Assembly: GCA_965232515.1 (NCBI GenBank)
Contig: CBDDPY010000002.1
Coordinates: 3,904,001 to 3,968,000, forward strand
Source of the DNA: Alphaproteobacteria bacterium
Lineage (GTDB): Bacteria; Pseudomonadota; Alphaproteobacteria; GCA-2731375
Length of the DNA: 64,000 nucleotides
Reading direction: 5' to 3'
The notes beneath the pieces are model-generated. The model saw only the letters and a list, made by a program, of their open reading frames with translations, did not search any database and had not been told where the DNA came from. Made by a program: the position numbers and the translations under genes. Positions 54,242 to 63,482 of the stretch are shown here, piece by piece (the stretch's first letter is position 1; each line of letters begins with the position of its first letter).

Positions 54242-55033
54242 TCAGGCGATCAACGCCTCGCCCCGCCGGAATGCGTCCGTGAACCGGTCGAGGCCGTGCG
54301 AGCCGCCGTTCACCAGCCGCCGTGCCCGCCGCAGGTCGTCCTCGGCGAGCGCCGTCTTGATCGCCTGTTCCTTCTCCTTGAGGAACGTCGCCAGCACCGC
54401 GGCGGCAACGTCCGGCTCGTTCGCCCGCTCCGGCGCGTTCACCAGATCGATGCCCAGCTTCTCGCCGATGCGCCTATAATTGTCGCGGCCGGTGAGTTGG
54501 ATGTATCCGCGGCCCCGGAAGTGCGCACCGTCCGGCGGCCCCTGATTGCCCAGGTCGCTTCGGTTGTCGTAGAGGTCGAACGGATGCCCGCCGGGCGAGG
54601 TGTTGAACCGCGACTGGAACTCGTTGATCGGCACGAAGCCCTCGGTCTCGGCCCGAATCGTCGCCAGCGCCATCAGCACCATCAGCCGCTCCAGCAGATC
54701 GGCATCATCGAGCGCCCCCAGCACGGGCGGCAGGTTCGCCGCGATATTGCGTCGGGGCGTCTGGGGGAACATTCCGGCCACCGCGTCGACCGAAACATTG
54801 CCGATCGCCAGCGGCGGGTCCGGGTCCTGATCGAGCGCCAGCGCCGCGAAGGTCCGCGCCCCGGCAACACCGTCCGGCACCAGGCCTTCGCTCCGCTGAA
54901 AGGCGATCAGCGCCGCCTCTGTGCCGGCACCGAAAATCCCGTCAATCGCGCCCGGACTGAACCCACGCGCGCTCAGCGCCTCCTGCAGCGCCCGCACGTC
55001 CTCACCGGTATCGAATCGCTTAAGCGTCGCCAT
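54242..55033 (-). CDS. Peptidoglycan-binding domain fused to glycoside hydrolase family 19 (lysin-like)
   Basis: DGIFGAGTEAALIAFQ...LVPDGVAG PG-binding repeat; AETEG, FRGRGYIQLTGRDNY, VNGG.HG. Confidence 0.85.
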   Translation of the reverse strand: MATLKRFDTGEDVRALQEALSARGFSPGAIDGIFGAGTEAALIAFQRSEGLVPDGVAGARTFAALALDQDPDPPLAIGNVSVDAVAGMFPQTPRRNIAANLPPVLGALDDADLLERLMVLMALATIRAETEGFVPINEFQSRFNTSPGGHPFDLYDNRSDLGNQGPPDGAHFRGRGYIQLTGRDNYRRIGEKLGIDLVNAPERANEPDVAAAVLATFLKEKEQAIKTALAEDDLRRARRLVNGGSHGLDRFTDAFRRGEALIA

Positions 55034-55213
55034 CGCCACCCTCCGCTTTCACGGTCCCAGACAGCACCCGCAACGCCACCATGATCCCCCATCCCGCCGC
55101 CGACGACAACGCCACGACGCATGTGCATTTCCGGCCACGCCCGACACAACAATTGCCCCAGCCCCGCCCTTCGACTACAAAGACCCGAATCGAAGGGCGT
55201 ATGCGTCCCCTAC

Positions 55214-55290
<77 letters not shown>

Positions 55291-55395
55291 CCCTTCCCAA
55301 TAAAATCAAAAACCTAGAAGCCTCGATTTGCCAGGTAACACCGAATTTGCGTTGCACAGGCGTCACTTGGACGAACTCGATTGTTCTGCCGCTGG

Positions 55396-56286
55396 TCAGA
55401 ATTTCTCCCGAAAGGACGCCACGAGATAATCGACGAAGGCGCGCGAGGAGGCCTTTGCGTTATGTCCTCCAGCGAGAACCGCATTGATCTCAACCGCGCC
55501 GATGCTCCAATCCGGAAGCAGTCGAACAAGCGCACCGCTCTCTAACTCTGTTCTGCATCCCATCAGTGCGGTGGACACGATCCCCATTCCGGCGACCGCT
55601 GCTGCCGTCGTCCCTTCGTTGACGGTGATCATGAGCTTGCTTTCGACCTGCACGGACGTCGTCTTCCCATTCTTCTTAAACGTCCAGCCAGCGTTGCCCG
55701 CGGAAGAAGGCCCCAGGATGATCTGATGACCGGCAAGATCCGCGGGGCGCTTCGGCGTTCCTGCTTTTTTTAGATAGGCCGGCGACGCCGCGATCAGGCG
55801 CTGCGATTCCCCCAGCTTTCTTGCAGTCATTGTTGAATCGCTAAGCGGACCGGAGCGGAGCGCGACATCAATCGCCTCCTCGATCAGATCCTGGCGCGAA
55901 TCCGTCAGGACGAGATCGACCTTCAGCTCGGGGTGCTGAGCCATGAACGCCGGCAAGCGCGGGACGATTTCTCGCACGGCAAAGCTTGTGGCGGAGCCGA
56001 CCCGCAGATGTCCCCGCAGCTCTCCTGTCCCTCGGACAAGATGGTTCGCTTCTTCCAGCGCCGCCAGGATCGGATCCAACCTTGCCAGATAGTCTGCTCC
56101 GGCCTCCGTCAGCTTCACCGCATGCGTACTTCTGACGAACAGGGCAGCGCCCAGGTCCTTCTCAAGCTTGGAGATGATTCTGGACACGGACGGTTGCGAC
56201 AACCCGCTTTCCTTGCCGGCCGTCGTAAAGCTGCCCGAACGGGCCACACGGCTGAACAGTCGCAACGAGGAGATACGGTCATTCAT
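55396..56286 (-). CDS. LysR-family regulator (CrgA/DmlR-like)
   Basis: GSFTTAG...SQPSVSR..LE..LG..LF.RST HTH; substrate-binding domain. Confidence 0.93.
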   Translation of the reverse strand: MNDRISSLRLFSRVARSGSFTTAGKESGLSQPSVSRIISKLEKDLGAALFVRSTHAVKLTEAGADYLARLDPILAALEEANHLVRGTGELRGHLRVGSATSFAVREIVPRLPAFMAQHPELKVDLVLTDSRQDLIEEAIDVALRSGPLSDSTMTARKLGESQRLIAASPAYLKKAGTPKRPADLAGHQIILGPSSAGNAGWTFKKNGKTTSVQVESKLMITVNEGTTAAAVAGMGIVSTALMGCRTELESGALVRLLPDWSIGAVEINAVLAGGHNAKASSRAFVDYLVASFREKF

Positions 56287-56330
56287 TTGTATTTCAAATA
56301 ACTGTTAGATATTTGATGATTCTACAAATC
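56285..56330. promoter_or_regulatory. LysR box / promoter motif, copy 1
   Basis: ATTTG-N5-CAAAT (T-N11-A) overlapping the lysR start codon; TTTCAAATAACTGTTAG-N13-CTACAAATC. Confidence 0.65.
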
Positions 56331-56447
56331 AAATTTCAAATGATCAACTTTATCACCACTGGCGGCCATCTGTTTTGAACCCTGTCGTTCATCCCGATCA
56401 GAAGCGCCCGGCAGCCGCAGTTCAGATTTTTGGGAAAGGCATAAGCC

Positions 56448-56855
56448 ATGACCACCGCGACACAGAGCCCAGGACGGGTCGCCCGCATCATGCGATCGTA
56501 TGACGACCTGCCGACGTGGGTGAAAATCTGGATGAACTTCATCCTTGGCCCGATCAACCTCGCAACGCTCGCCTTTATCAATGAGCCAAGCGGCCCCTTG
56601 ATCGCCGCCCTGGCCATCGGCGGCATGATCGTCACGGTGTCCATCGTTTTCGCCGTTGGTGGATTTACAAAACTGGCATCGGCCGGGCATGTCGTGCCCT
56701 GGACACCGCTTGTCTTGATGTTGGCCTTTGCCCGACCGGACGGCAGCGCTGTCTATCTGATGTTTCTGACGGCCCTCTTGATCGCCAACGTGATCTCCCT
56801 GCTGTTCGACTTCAACGATATGCGTCTTTGGCTCAAATCGAGAACGCGATCCTAG
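56448..56855 (+). CDS. Small 4-TM membrane protein of unknown function
   Basis: Hydrophobic ORF divergent from lysR; LPTWVKIW, GHVVPWTPL. Confidence 0.75.
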   Translation: MTTATQSPGRVARIMRSYDDLPTWVKIWMNFILGPINLATLAFINEPSGPLIAALAIGGMIVTVSIVFAVGGFTKLASAGHVVPWTPLVLMLAFARPDGSAVYLMFLTALLIANVISLLFDFNDMRLWLKSRTRS

Positions 56856-56978
56856 TCGCCAGAAGGCGTTTTTCTCACCACGCCGGGTGACGAGAAAATC
56901 TCTTCGTTACGGCTCTCTCCCACCCACCACGGCAGCCACGATCGTGGCTGCCGTTTCTTTTTGTGGTCAGGCAAGCGC

Positions 56979-57024
56979 ATTCACTTTTCAAATAACCGTT
57001 AGTTCAGAAACGCCGCTACCAATC
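56979..57024. promoter_or_regulatory. LysR box / promoter motif, copy 2
   Basis: TTTCAAATAACCGTTAG-N13-CTACCAATC upstream of the peroxiredoxin-like gene. Confidence 0.6.
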
Positions 57025-57144
57025 GATAATCGAATGAAAAATATTGGACTCGTAGGCGGCCGAAATGTTCCGGATATCGGTCTGCGGATCGACCAAGAGA
57101 GCCCAACCGCCGTGAATTTTGAGCTTTAGCAAAGGAACGAAACC

Positions 57145-57807
57145 ATGACCCTTCAAGACAAACTCGACGCTTTCAAAGCCGACTTCGAAACGAACCAGGC
57201 GCCGCCGGCAGCGGTCGAGGCGTTCCATCGCTCCAATCAGGAGCTGATCGACGCCGGCTATGCCGAACGTGCTCTCAAAGCAGGCCAAGTCGCTCCGGAA
57301 TTCACGCTGAAGGATTCGGACGGCAACAACGTCTCGTCGCGTGACCTGCTCGCCAAAGGCCCGTTGGTGCTGACCTTCTATCGCGGCGTATGGTGCCCAT
57401 ACTGCAATCTCGAACTGCAAGCTTTGGAAGAAGTCGTTGGCGACATTGAAGCGCGCGGCGCTTCGCTCGTGGCGATCTCTCAACAAAGCGCCGAGAACAG
57501 CCGCAAATCAAAACGCCAAAACAATCTTAGCTTCCCGATCCTGACCGACCAGGCGGGTGATCTCGGCGAGAAGTTTGGCCTGCGTTGGACCCTGCAACCC
57601 CACCTCATCGAGTTCTTCAGGATGTTCCAGGTCGAGCTTCCGGCAATCCAGAACGATGACAAATGGACCCTGCCGATGCCCGCTCGATACATCATCGATA
57701 CGGACGGTAAGATCGTCTATGCCGAGGTCAATCCCGACTATACCCGTCGGCCGGAGCCCAGCGATCTCTTCCCCGTCCTCGACAAAATTACCCGCGCGGC
57801 GGCGTAA
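57145..57807 (+). CDS. Peroxiredoxin-like (AhpC/TSA) redoxin
   Basis: APEFTL, FYRGVWCPYC, LPMPARYII; AAGGA RBS. Confidence 0.9.
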   Translation: MTLQDKLDAFKADFETNQAPPAAVEAFHRSNQELIDAGYAERALKAGQVAPEFTLKDSDGNNVSSRDLLAKGPLVLTFYRGVWCPYCNLELQALEEVVGDIEARGASLVAISQQSAENSRKSKRQNNLSFPILTDQAGDLGEKFGLRWTLQPHLIEFFRMFQVELPAIQNDDKWTLPMPARYIIDTDGKIVYAEVNPDYTRRPEPSDLFPVLDKITRAAA

Positions 57808-57828
57808 CCGCGCGGCCTTCCGCCCAGC

Positions 57829-57863
57829 CCCCTGACGTTGCATGCGACAAGCAACGTCAGGGG
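57829..57863. terminator. Hairpin between convergent genes
   Basis: cccctgacgttgc / gcaacgtcagggg, 13-bp perfect stem. Confidence 0.55.
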
Positions 57864-57923
57864 CAGGAGACAGGGTCTACGCAGATAATAGCCACCAGAC
57901 AGTCGGCCAGGCACGAGCTGTGG

Positions 57924-58038
57924 TCAGGCGTTGGCCCGCGCCAGGCGGCCATAGTGCATAGGATTGACGTTGTAGAAGCCGTGATCCAGGTCGCCGAGGG
58001 CCGGCGGGACATGCGGGGCGAGACCGCGGGCGGCTCAG
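57924..58038 (-). pseudogene. Remnant of a paralog of the adjacent methyltransferase
   Basis: Translates as RGLAPHVPPALGDLDHGFYNVNPMHYGRLARANA*, against GVALHVLPAFGDIDHGFYNIHPMIFGHLARANG in the neighbour; bounded by stops. Confidence 0.75.
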
Positions 58039-58105
58039 CCCTTGATGTGCAGGAGGTTCGACAGCGGCGGGCCGAGCATGGTGCCGGGGATGTCGGTCGA
58101 AGGGC

Positions 58106-58978
58106 TTACGACGCGGCGGCGACCGGGTTGATCTGACGCCAGTACTGATCTTCGGCGCTGGCCTGTTGCGGCCAGACGAAGGCGGCGCTCGTCAGCTTGC
58201 GCAACGCGACGAAGCAATAGTCGAACACGATCGCCGGCGCTTCATGCACCCGGTGCATCACCTTCTCGGCCGTCTCGGCGTCGGCCACATTGGTGACGAA
58301 GGCGACCGTCACCTTGCGTGTGAACAGGCGGCGGTCCTGCATGTCGTCGAAGCTGATTTGCAGGCCGTCGAAATCGAAACCGTCCTCGGGCCGCTCCTGC
58401 ACCTGAAGCGACTTCAAATGCAGATGGTCGATGTACTGCACGTCGACAACCTGATAGCCGTTCGCACGCGCCAGATGACCGAAGATCATGGGATGGATGT
58501 TGTAGAAGCCGTGGTCGATGTCGCCGAACGCCGGCAGGACGTGCAAGGCCACGCCGCCGGGCCGTAACAGGTTGTGCACCGTCTCGAACACGGCGGCGAT
58601 GTTGAAGCAGTGCTCGGCCGTGCCGAAGTTTGTGACCACGTCGTATTGGCGGCCGGCCGCAATGGGGTGGTTGAGATCGTAGGCATAGGTCGCCCGGCCG
58701 TCACCGAGATCGATCGAATGATAGGGCGCCAGCCCAAACAGACCGTACAGCCGCTCCTGACCGTTCGGCGCGAACCGGTCGTCGCCATGCGGACAGAACG
58801 CCGCCATTGTCGCATCGACCTGGCCGTCCTCGACATGCCGGCGCACGACCTGCTCGATCACGCCGCGTGTCGTCATCATGTCTTGCGGGCCCAGTTCCAT
58901 GATCGAGTGCAAGCCCTCGAACGCACCGCGCTGGGCCAACCTGCTGAACCAGAACGCCATCACCGGGTTGATACCCAT
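58106..58978 (-). CDS. Putative class I SAM-dependent methyltransferase
   Basis: IMELG, YDVVTNFGTAEH, LLRPGG; ATG 58978 with GGAGG RBS. Confidence 0.7.
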   Translation of the reverse strand: MGINPVMAFWFSRLAQRGAFEGLHSIMELGPQDMMTTRGVIEQVVRRHVEDGQVDATMAAFCPHGDDRFAPNGQERLYGLFGLAPYHSIDLGDGRATYAYDLNHPIAAGRQYDVVTNFGTAEHCFNIAAVFETVHNLLRPGGVALHVLPAFGDIDHGFYNIHPMIFGHLARANGYQVVDVQYIDHLHLKSLQVQERPEDGFDFDGLQISFDDMQDRRLFTRKVTVAFVTNVADAETAEKVMHRVHEAPAIVFDYCFVALRKLTSAAFVWPQQASAEDQYWRQINPVAAAS

Positions 58979-59252
58979 GACCCCTCCAATGCACTGCACA
59001 AACGCCGACAACGACAATTTTCCAGATATAAGAATTATATCTATTCAATTCTCGTTTTCGATTCTAGATTGTATTGAACTTGGTTAATTTTCAATTTACG
59101 AAAGCGCGATCTGTCTGCCGATAGTGGGCTCGACCGCCCGCCAACGCCCCGAACGGCGCACGTCGCCGATGGCAATTCCTTTGGGAACCAGATGATTGTG
59201 CCGCTGCGATCGGGGGCCGGACCGACGACACTGCGCCCAAAATGATTGCGAT

Positions 59253-59876
59253 CTAGACGTCGCCAGTGGGGGTAGATTCAGGCCCGGCGACGCGCATCAA
59301 TAACGTGAACGCCCATGCCGCGCGTTCGTCGATCGCCGTTGCGTCGGGCGCCGGCAGTGCGCCGATCGCGCGCCGGATCTGCAGGTCGCCGATCAGCAGC
59401 GAGAAATAGAACTTCACGGCCGTGTCGGGTGGCATGCCGGGGAGCTCGCCCTGCGCGTGCGCGCTGACGAACACCTCGACGATCAGCGGTAGAATCGTGT
59501 CGCGGCCCGCTTCGGTCAGCGCCCGGCCGAGCTCGCCGCTCGCATCGGCCGCCGCCGCGCGATTGAGCGCAATGGCGCGATTGCCGACCAGCAGTGCCAA
59601 GAGATGCGGCCCTAACGCTCGAATGGCCTCAAGCGGCGGCCGCCCGGCCGCGAGATCCGCCTCCAACAATGCACGCACGTCGGCCGCGTTCCGCGCCACC
59701 ATGGCCTTGAACAAGCCCTGCTTGTCGCCGTACCAGCGATAGAGCGTTTCGTTCGAGGCCTTCGCCCGTTTGGCCACGCCCAGCATCGACATGCCGGCAT
59801 AGCCGTTTTCCTCGAGCAGCGCATAGGCGGCCTGTTCTATCTGCTGCTTGCGGATCAATCGCGCCGCGTCGCGCAT
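59253..59876 (-). CDS. TetR-family regulator
   Basis: VAKRAKASNETLYRWYGDKQGLF HTH; ATG 59876 with GGAGG RBS. Confidence 0.92.
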   Translation of the reverse strand: MRDAARLIRKQQIEQAAYALLEENGYAGMSMLGVAKRAKASNETLYRWYGDKQGLFKAMVARNAADVRALLEADLAAGRPPLEAIRALGPHLLALLVGNRAIALNRAAAADASGELGRALTEAGRDTILPLIVEVFVSAHAQGELPGMPPDTAVKFYFSLLIGDLQIRRAIGALPAPDATAIDERAAWAFTLLMRVAGPESTPTGDV

Positions 59877-59905
59877 TGAGTGGCCCTCCATCGCCTTGAC
59901 AAAAC

Positions 59906-59951
59906 CGTACACTTGATTACGTAGAAAAAGATAATCGTACATATCATTACG
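59906..59951. promoter_or_regulatory. Two TetR-type operators, CGTA-N8-TACG
   Basis: CGTACACTTGATTACG (59906) and CGTACATATCATTACG (59936); TTGACA at 59896. Confidence 0.7.
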
Positions 59952-59965
59952 CTTTTGGATACGCC

Positions 59966-60493
59966 ATGCGCAACCTGCTGGTCCTATCGGCCTTCGTCGC
60001 CCTGCTCCTGACGGGCGCCGTCTTCGGCTTCTTCTACGCCTGGGTCTGCTCCACCATGTGGGGGCTGGACGCGGCCGACCCGCGCACCGCTATCGCGGCC
60101 ATGCAGGCGATGAACGCGTCGGTGCGAAACGCCGTCTTCGCGCCGGCCTTCTTTCTGACCCCCGTCGCATTGGTGATTACGGCCGCGCTCGCCTGGCGGG
60201 CGAAACAAGGGCCGGCCGCGGCGGCGTTTTCGGCGGCGGGCCTCATCTACCTGTTCGGCGGGATGCTGCTGACCATGACGGTGAACGTGCCGATGAACGA
60301 GACCCTGGCGCTGGTCGCCATCCCCGACGATCCGGCCGAAGCCGCCCAAATCTGGCGGGACTATTCCGGCCCCTGGCAGTTCTGGAACCAGACCCGCACC
60401 GTGTTCTCGGGCCTGGCGCTGGGTCTGGCCGGCTACGGCCTCTATCGCCTGGGCCAACGGCGCGACGGCCCGCAGACGACGGCGACCGCCTAA
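59966..60493 (+). CDS. DUF1772 / anthrone oxygenase-like membrane protein
   Basis: AMQAMN, TVNVPMNE, WNQTRT; four TM helices. Confidence 0.85.
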   Translation: MRNLLVLSAFVALLLTGAVFGFFYAWVCSTMWGLDAADPRTAIAAMQAMNASVRNAVFAPAFFLTPVALVITAALAWRAKQGPAAAAFSAAGLIYLFGGMLLTMTVNVPMNETLALVAIPDDPAEAAQIWRDYSGPWQFWNQTRTVFSGLALGLAGYGLYRLGQRRDGPQTTATA

Positions 60494-60578
60494 GCGCCTG
60501 GCCGTACGCGTAGCCGGCGCGCCGCATAGGGCTCGCCCGCCGGCGCCGCGAGCGTGTAAGGTCGGCGCCGGCCGGACC

Positions 60579-62228
60579 ATGCTCGACGATTTCGACACCT
60601 GCACCGATCACGCCGACCTCGCGGCCGATATCTGCATTGTCGGCGCCGGCGCGGCCGGGATTACGCTCGCGCGCGCATTGCGCGGCAAGGGCCATGAGAT
60701 CCTGCTGCTGGAAAGCGGCGGCGCGGATTTCGAGGCTGACGTGCAAGACCTTGCGTCCGGCGAGGTCAGCGGCTTCGACTACTATCCCCTTGTCGACTCG
60801 CGGCTGCGTTTCTTCGGCGGCACCACGGCGATCTGGGGCGGCCGTAGCGCCAGGCTCGACGCCATCGATTTCACGCGGCGCGACTGGGTGGCGGACAGTG
60901 GCTGGCCGTTCGGGCCCGAGACGCTTGCGCCCCATTACGTCGCGGCCGAGCAGCGCCTGGGGCTCGATACCGCAACGGCCGACGACGGCGCCTGGCAACG
61001 GCTCGGCCTGACGCCGCCGCCGTTCGATCCGGCCGAGCTCGGCGTCAACCTCTGGCAGTTCGACGAGCAGGCCGACCGGTTCACGCTTCCCCGCTGCCGG
61101 GACCTAATCGACGCCGCCGACGTGCGCATCCTGCTGCACGCGACCGTCACCCGCATCCGCGCCAACGCCGCCGGGCGCGCGGTCGAGCGGCTCGAGATCG
61201 CCAATCTGCGCGGCGGCCGCGGCCAGGTCCGCGCCGGCACGGTCGTACTGGCGGCCGGCGGGCTTGAAATTCCGCGCCTGCTGCTGGCGTCCAACGACGT
61301 GCAGCCCCACGGCCTCGGCAACGAACACGATCTGGTCGGCCGCTACTTCATGGAGCATCCGCACGCCCGCGGCGGCCGCATCGTCAGCGACCGGCCCTGG
61401 CGGCTGCTGCACCTGCTGCCGCGCTCGCATCGGCACGGTGGCCGGCGTTATGCGACGCTCGGCCGCCCGTCGGAGACGTTGCAGCGACGCGACGGCCTGC
61501 TGAACACGTCTTTCACGCTTGCCGCCCGGCAGGCGCCGGACGACCGCATGGCCGCGACCCGGCGCGCCTACGACACGTTGAAGCATGCGCTGCCGCCGGA
61601 CCGCCTGCGCCGCAATCTCTGGCGCACGGCCAAGCATGGCGTCGTCCGACTGCAGGAGGCGCTGGGTCCGGTCCTGCCCTGGCTGGCGGTAAAAAGGGGC
61701 GCCAAGGGCATCTACGCCATCCTGCGCGCCGAGCAGGCGCCGAACCCGGACAGCCGCGTCGTGCTGACCGGCGATCGCGACGCGCTCGGCCTGCCGCGCC
61801 TCGCGCTCGACTGGCGCTTCCGCGACATCGACCGGGTCAGCGCCCACGGCCTGATGGCCGCGCTCGACCGCGAGCTGCGGCGCCTCGATCTCGGCCGGGT
61901 CGAGATCAATCCCTGGCTCCGCGACGGCGATACGCCCTGGCAGACCGATCCGCTGATCAGCAGCCATCCGCTCGCCGGCTATCACCACATGGGCACGACC
62001 CGCATGGCCGACGATCCGCGCAAGGGCGTGGTCGACGCCGACGCCCGCGTGCACGGCCTCGACAATCTTTACGTGGCCGGCAGTTCGGTGTTCCCGACCG
62101 GCGGCTGGGCCAATCCGACGCTGACCATCATCGCGCTGGCGCTGCGCCTCGCCGACCACCTGACGGTCCGCAGCGGCGGCGCGACGACCGACGCCGCCGC
62201 ACTGGAAAACACCGGCCCGATGGGCTAA
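60579..62228 (+). CDS. GMC-family FAD oxidoreductase
   Basis: IVGAGAAG, LLESGG, VGRYFMEH, HHMGTTRM, NPTLT. Confidence 0.9.
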   Translation: MLDDFDTCTDHADLAADICIVGAGAAGITLARALRGKGHEILLLESGGADFEADVQDLASGEVSGFDYYPLVDSRLRFFGGTTAIWGGRSARLDAIDFTRRDWVADSGWPFGPETLAPHYVAAEQRLGLDTATADDGAWQRLGLTPPPFDPAELGVNLWQFDEQADRFTLPRCRDLIDAADVRILLHATVTRIRANAAGRAVERLEIANLRGGRGQVRAGTVVLAAGGLEIPRLLLASNDVQPHGLGNEHDLVGRYFMEHPHARGGRIVSDRPWRLLHLLPRSHRHGGRRYATLGRPSETLQRRDGLLNTSFTLAARQAPDDRMAATRRAYDTLKHALPPDRLRRNLWRTAKHGVVRLQEALGPVLPWLAVKRGAKGIYAILRAEQAPNPDSRVVLTGDRDALGLPRLALDWRFRDIDRVSAHGLMAALDRELRRLDLGRVEINPWLRDGDTPWQTDPLISSHPLAGYHHMGTTRMADDPRKGVVDADARVHGLDNLYVAGSSVFPTGGWANPTLTIIALALRLADHLTVRSGGATTDAAALENTGPMG

Positions 62229-62257
62229 CTGGCGGTCGCCGCCGCCAACGTTGGAAC

Positions 62258-63478
62258 GTGCACCGCATGGCTTTCTGGATCGACACCGCCCGCCTTGCCG
62301 ACGCGCAGGCCCTGTTCGGTCTGCCGCCCCTGGACCGGCACCTGCGCGCGCTGGCGCGGCGGCCGGCGCGCGCGCGGGTGATCCTGTCCGGCCCAACGGC
62401 CGAGGCGGCGCAGCCCACGGGCCTGGCGGTCGATGTCGCGGCCGATACCGCGCCCTTCGCCGACCGCCTGCGCGCGGCGCTGGCGGCAAGCGCCGAACCG
62501 GCGCTCGTGGTGCTGGACGGCGGCAGCCTGGTCGACCCGCGCCTGCTCGACGTGCTGGGCGACCACGGCCCGGCGCTGGTCGCCCGGGGCGGCGACGGCG
62601 ACGAACGCGCCGCCGCCCTGCGCCTGCCCGCCGGCGACCCGCGCGTCGTGCCCGACGACGTCGACAGCGTCGCCGACCTCGCCGACCGCCTGCTGGCCGA
62701 CGGCGTCGCCACCGAGCTGACGCCGGACGCCTTTCCCGGCTTCGTCACCAAGCTGCGGCGGCATCTTGATTTCTACGTGGTCGCCGTGCCCGACGCGGGC
62801 CGCCGCGAGGCGCGGGAGCGCTGGCTGTTCTGGTCGAACTACAAGGGTTCGACAGATGTGCTGACCCGCTGGGTCTATCCGCCGCTAGTCTGGCCGCTGG
62901 TCCGCTTCTGCACAGGCTTCCGCATCCACCCGAACTGGGTCACCGTGCTCAGCATCCTGCTGACGGTGGCGGCGGTGCCGCTCTTCGCCATGGGCCTCTA
63001 CTGGCCGGGTTTGGCGCTCGCCTACGCCATGAGCGTGCTCGACAGCGTTGACGGCAAGGTCGCGCGGCTGACGCTTACCGATTCGAAACTCGGCGACGTG
63101 CTCGACCACGGCCTCGACATCGTGCATCCGCCGTTCTGGTATCTCGCCTGGGCCTGGGGCCTGTCGGGCAGCGATCCCTATTCGGGCCTGATGTTCGCGG
63201 GTTGGTTGCTCACCGCATTCTACGTGGGCGACCGTCTGGCGCTGATGGTGGCGAAGTGGCATTTCGGCCGTGGCCTGCACGCCATGACGGCGCTCGATGG
63301 CGCCGTGCGCAGCATCATCGCCCGGCGCAACATCAACCTGTTGATTTTCACCGCCGGTCTCGCCGCCGGCGCTGGCGAGACCGGCTTCTACGCGGTCGTC
63401 GCCTGGCAGGGCGTCACCATGCTGTGGCACATCTGGCGTACCGCCTGGGTCGCCTGGCGCCGCCCCGCCGTCACCTGA
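62258..63478 (+). CDS. CDP-alcohol phosphotransferase with an N-terminal soluble domain
   Basis: HPNWVT; DSVDGKVAR-x7-GDVLDHGLD signature; start 62258 or 62267. Confidence 0.85.
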   Translation: MHRMAFWIDTARLADAQALFGLPPLDRHLRALARRPARARVILSGPTAEAAQPTGLAVDVAADTAPFADRLRAALAASAEPALVVLDGGSLVDPRLLDVLGDHGPALVARGGDGDERAAALRLPAGDPRVVPDDVDSVADLADRLLADGVATELTPDAFPGFVTKLRRHLDFYVVAVPDAGRREARERWLFWSNYKGSTDVLTRWVYPPLVWPLVRFCTGFRIHPNWVTVLSILLTVAAVPLFAMGLYWPGLALAYAMSVLDSVDGKVARLTLTDSKLGDVLDHGLDIVHPPFWYLAWAWGLSGSDPYSGLMFAGWLLTAFYVGDRLALMVAKWHFGRGLHAMTALDGAVRSIIARRNINLLIFTAGLAAGAGETGFYAVVAWQGVTMLWHIWRTAWVAWRRPAVT

Positions 63479-63482
63479 CGGC

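Noticed and set aside
56887-57129. 80-aa ORF between the membrane protein and the redoxin
   Set aside because: Spans the duplicated promoter motif, has no clear RBS and no recognisable features
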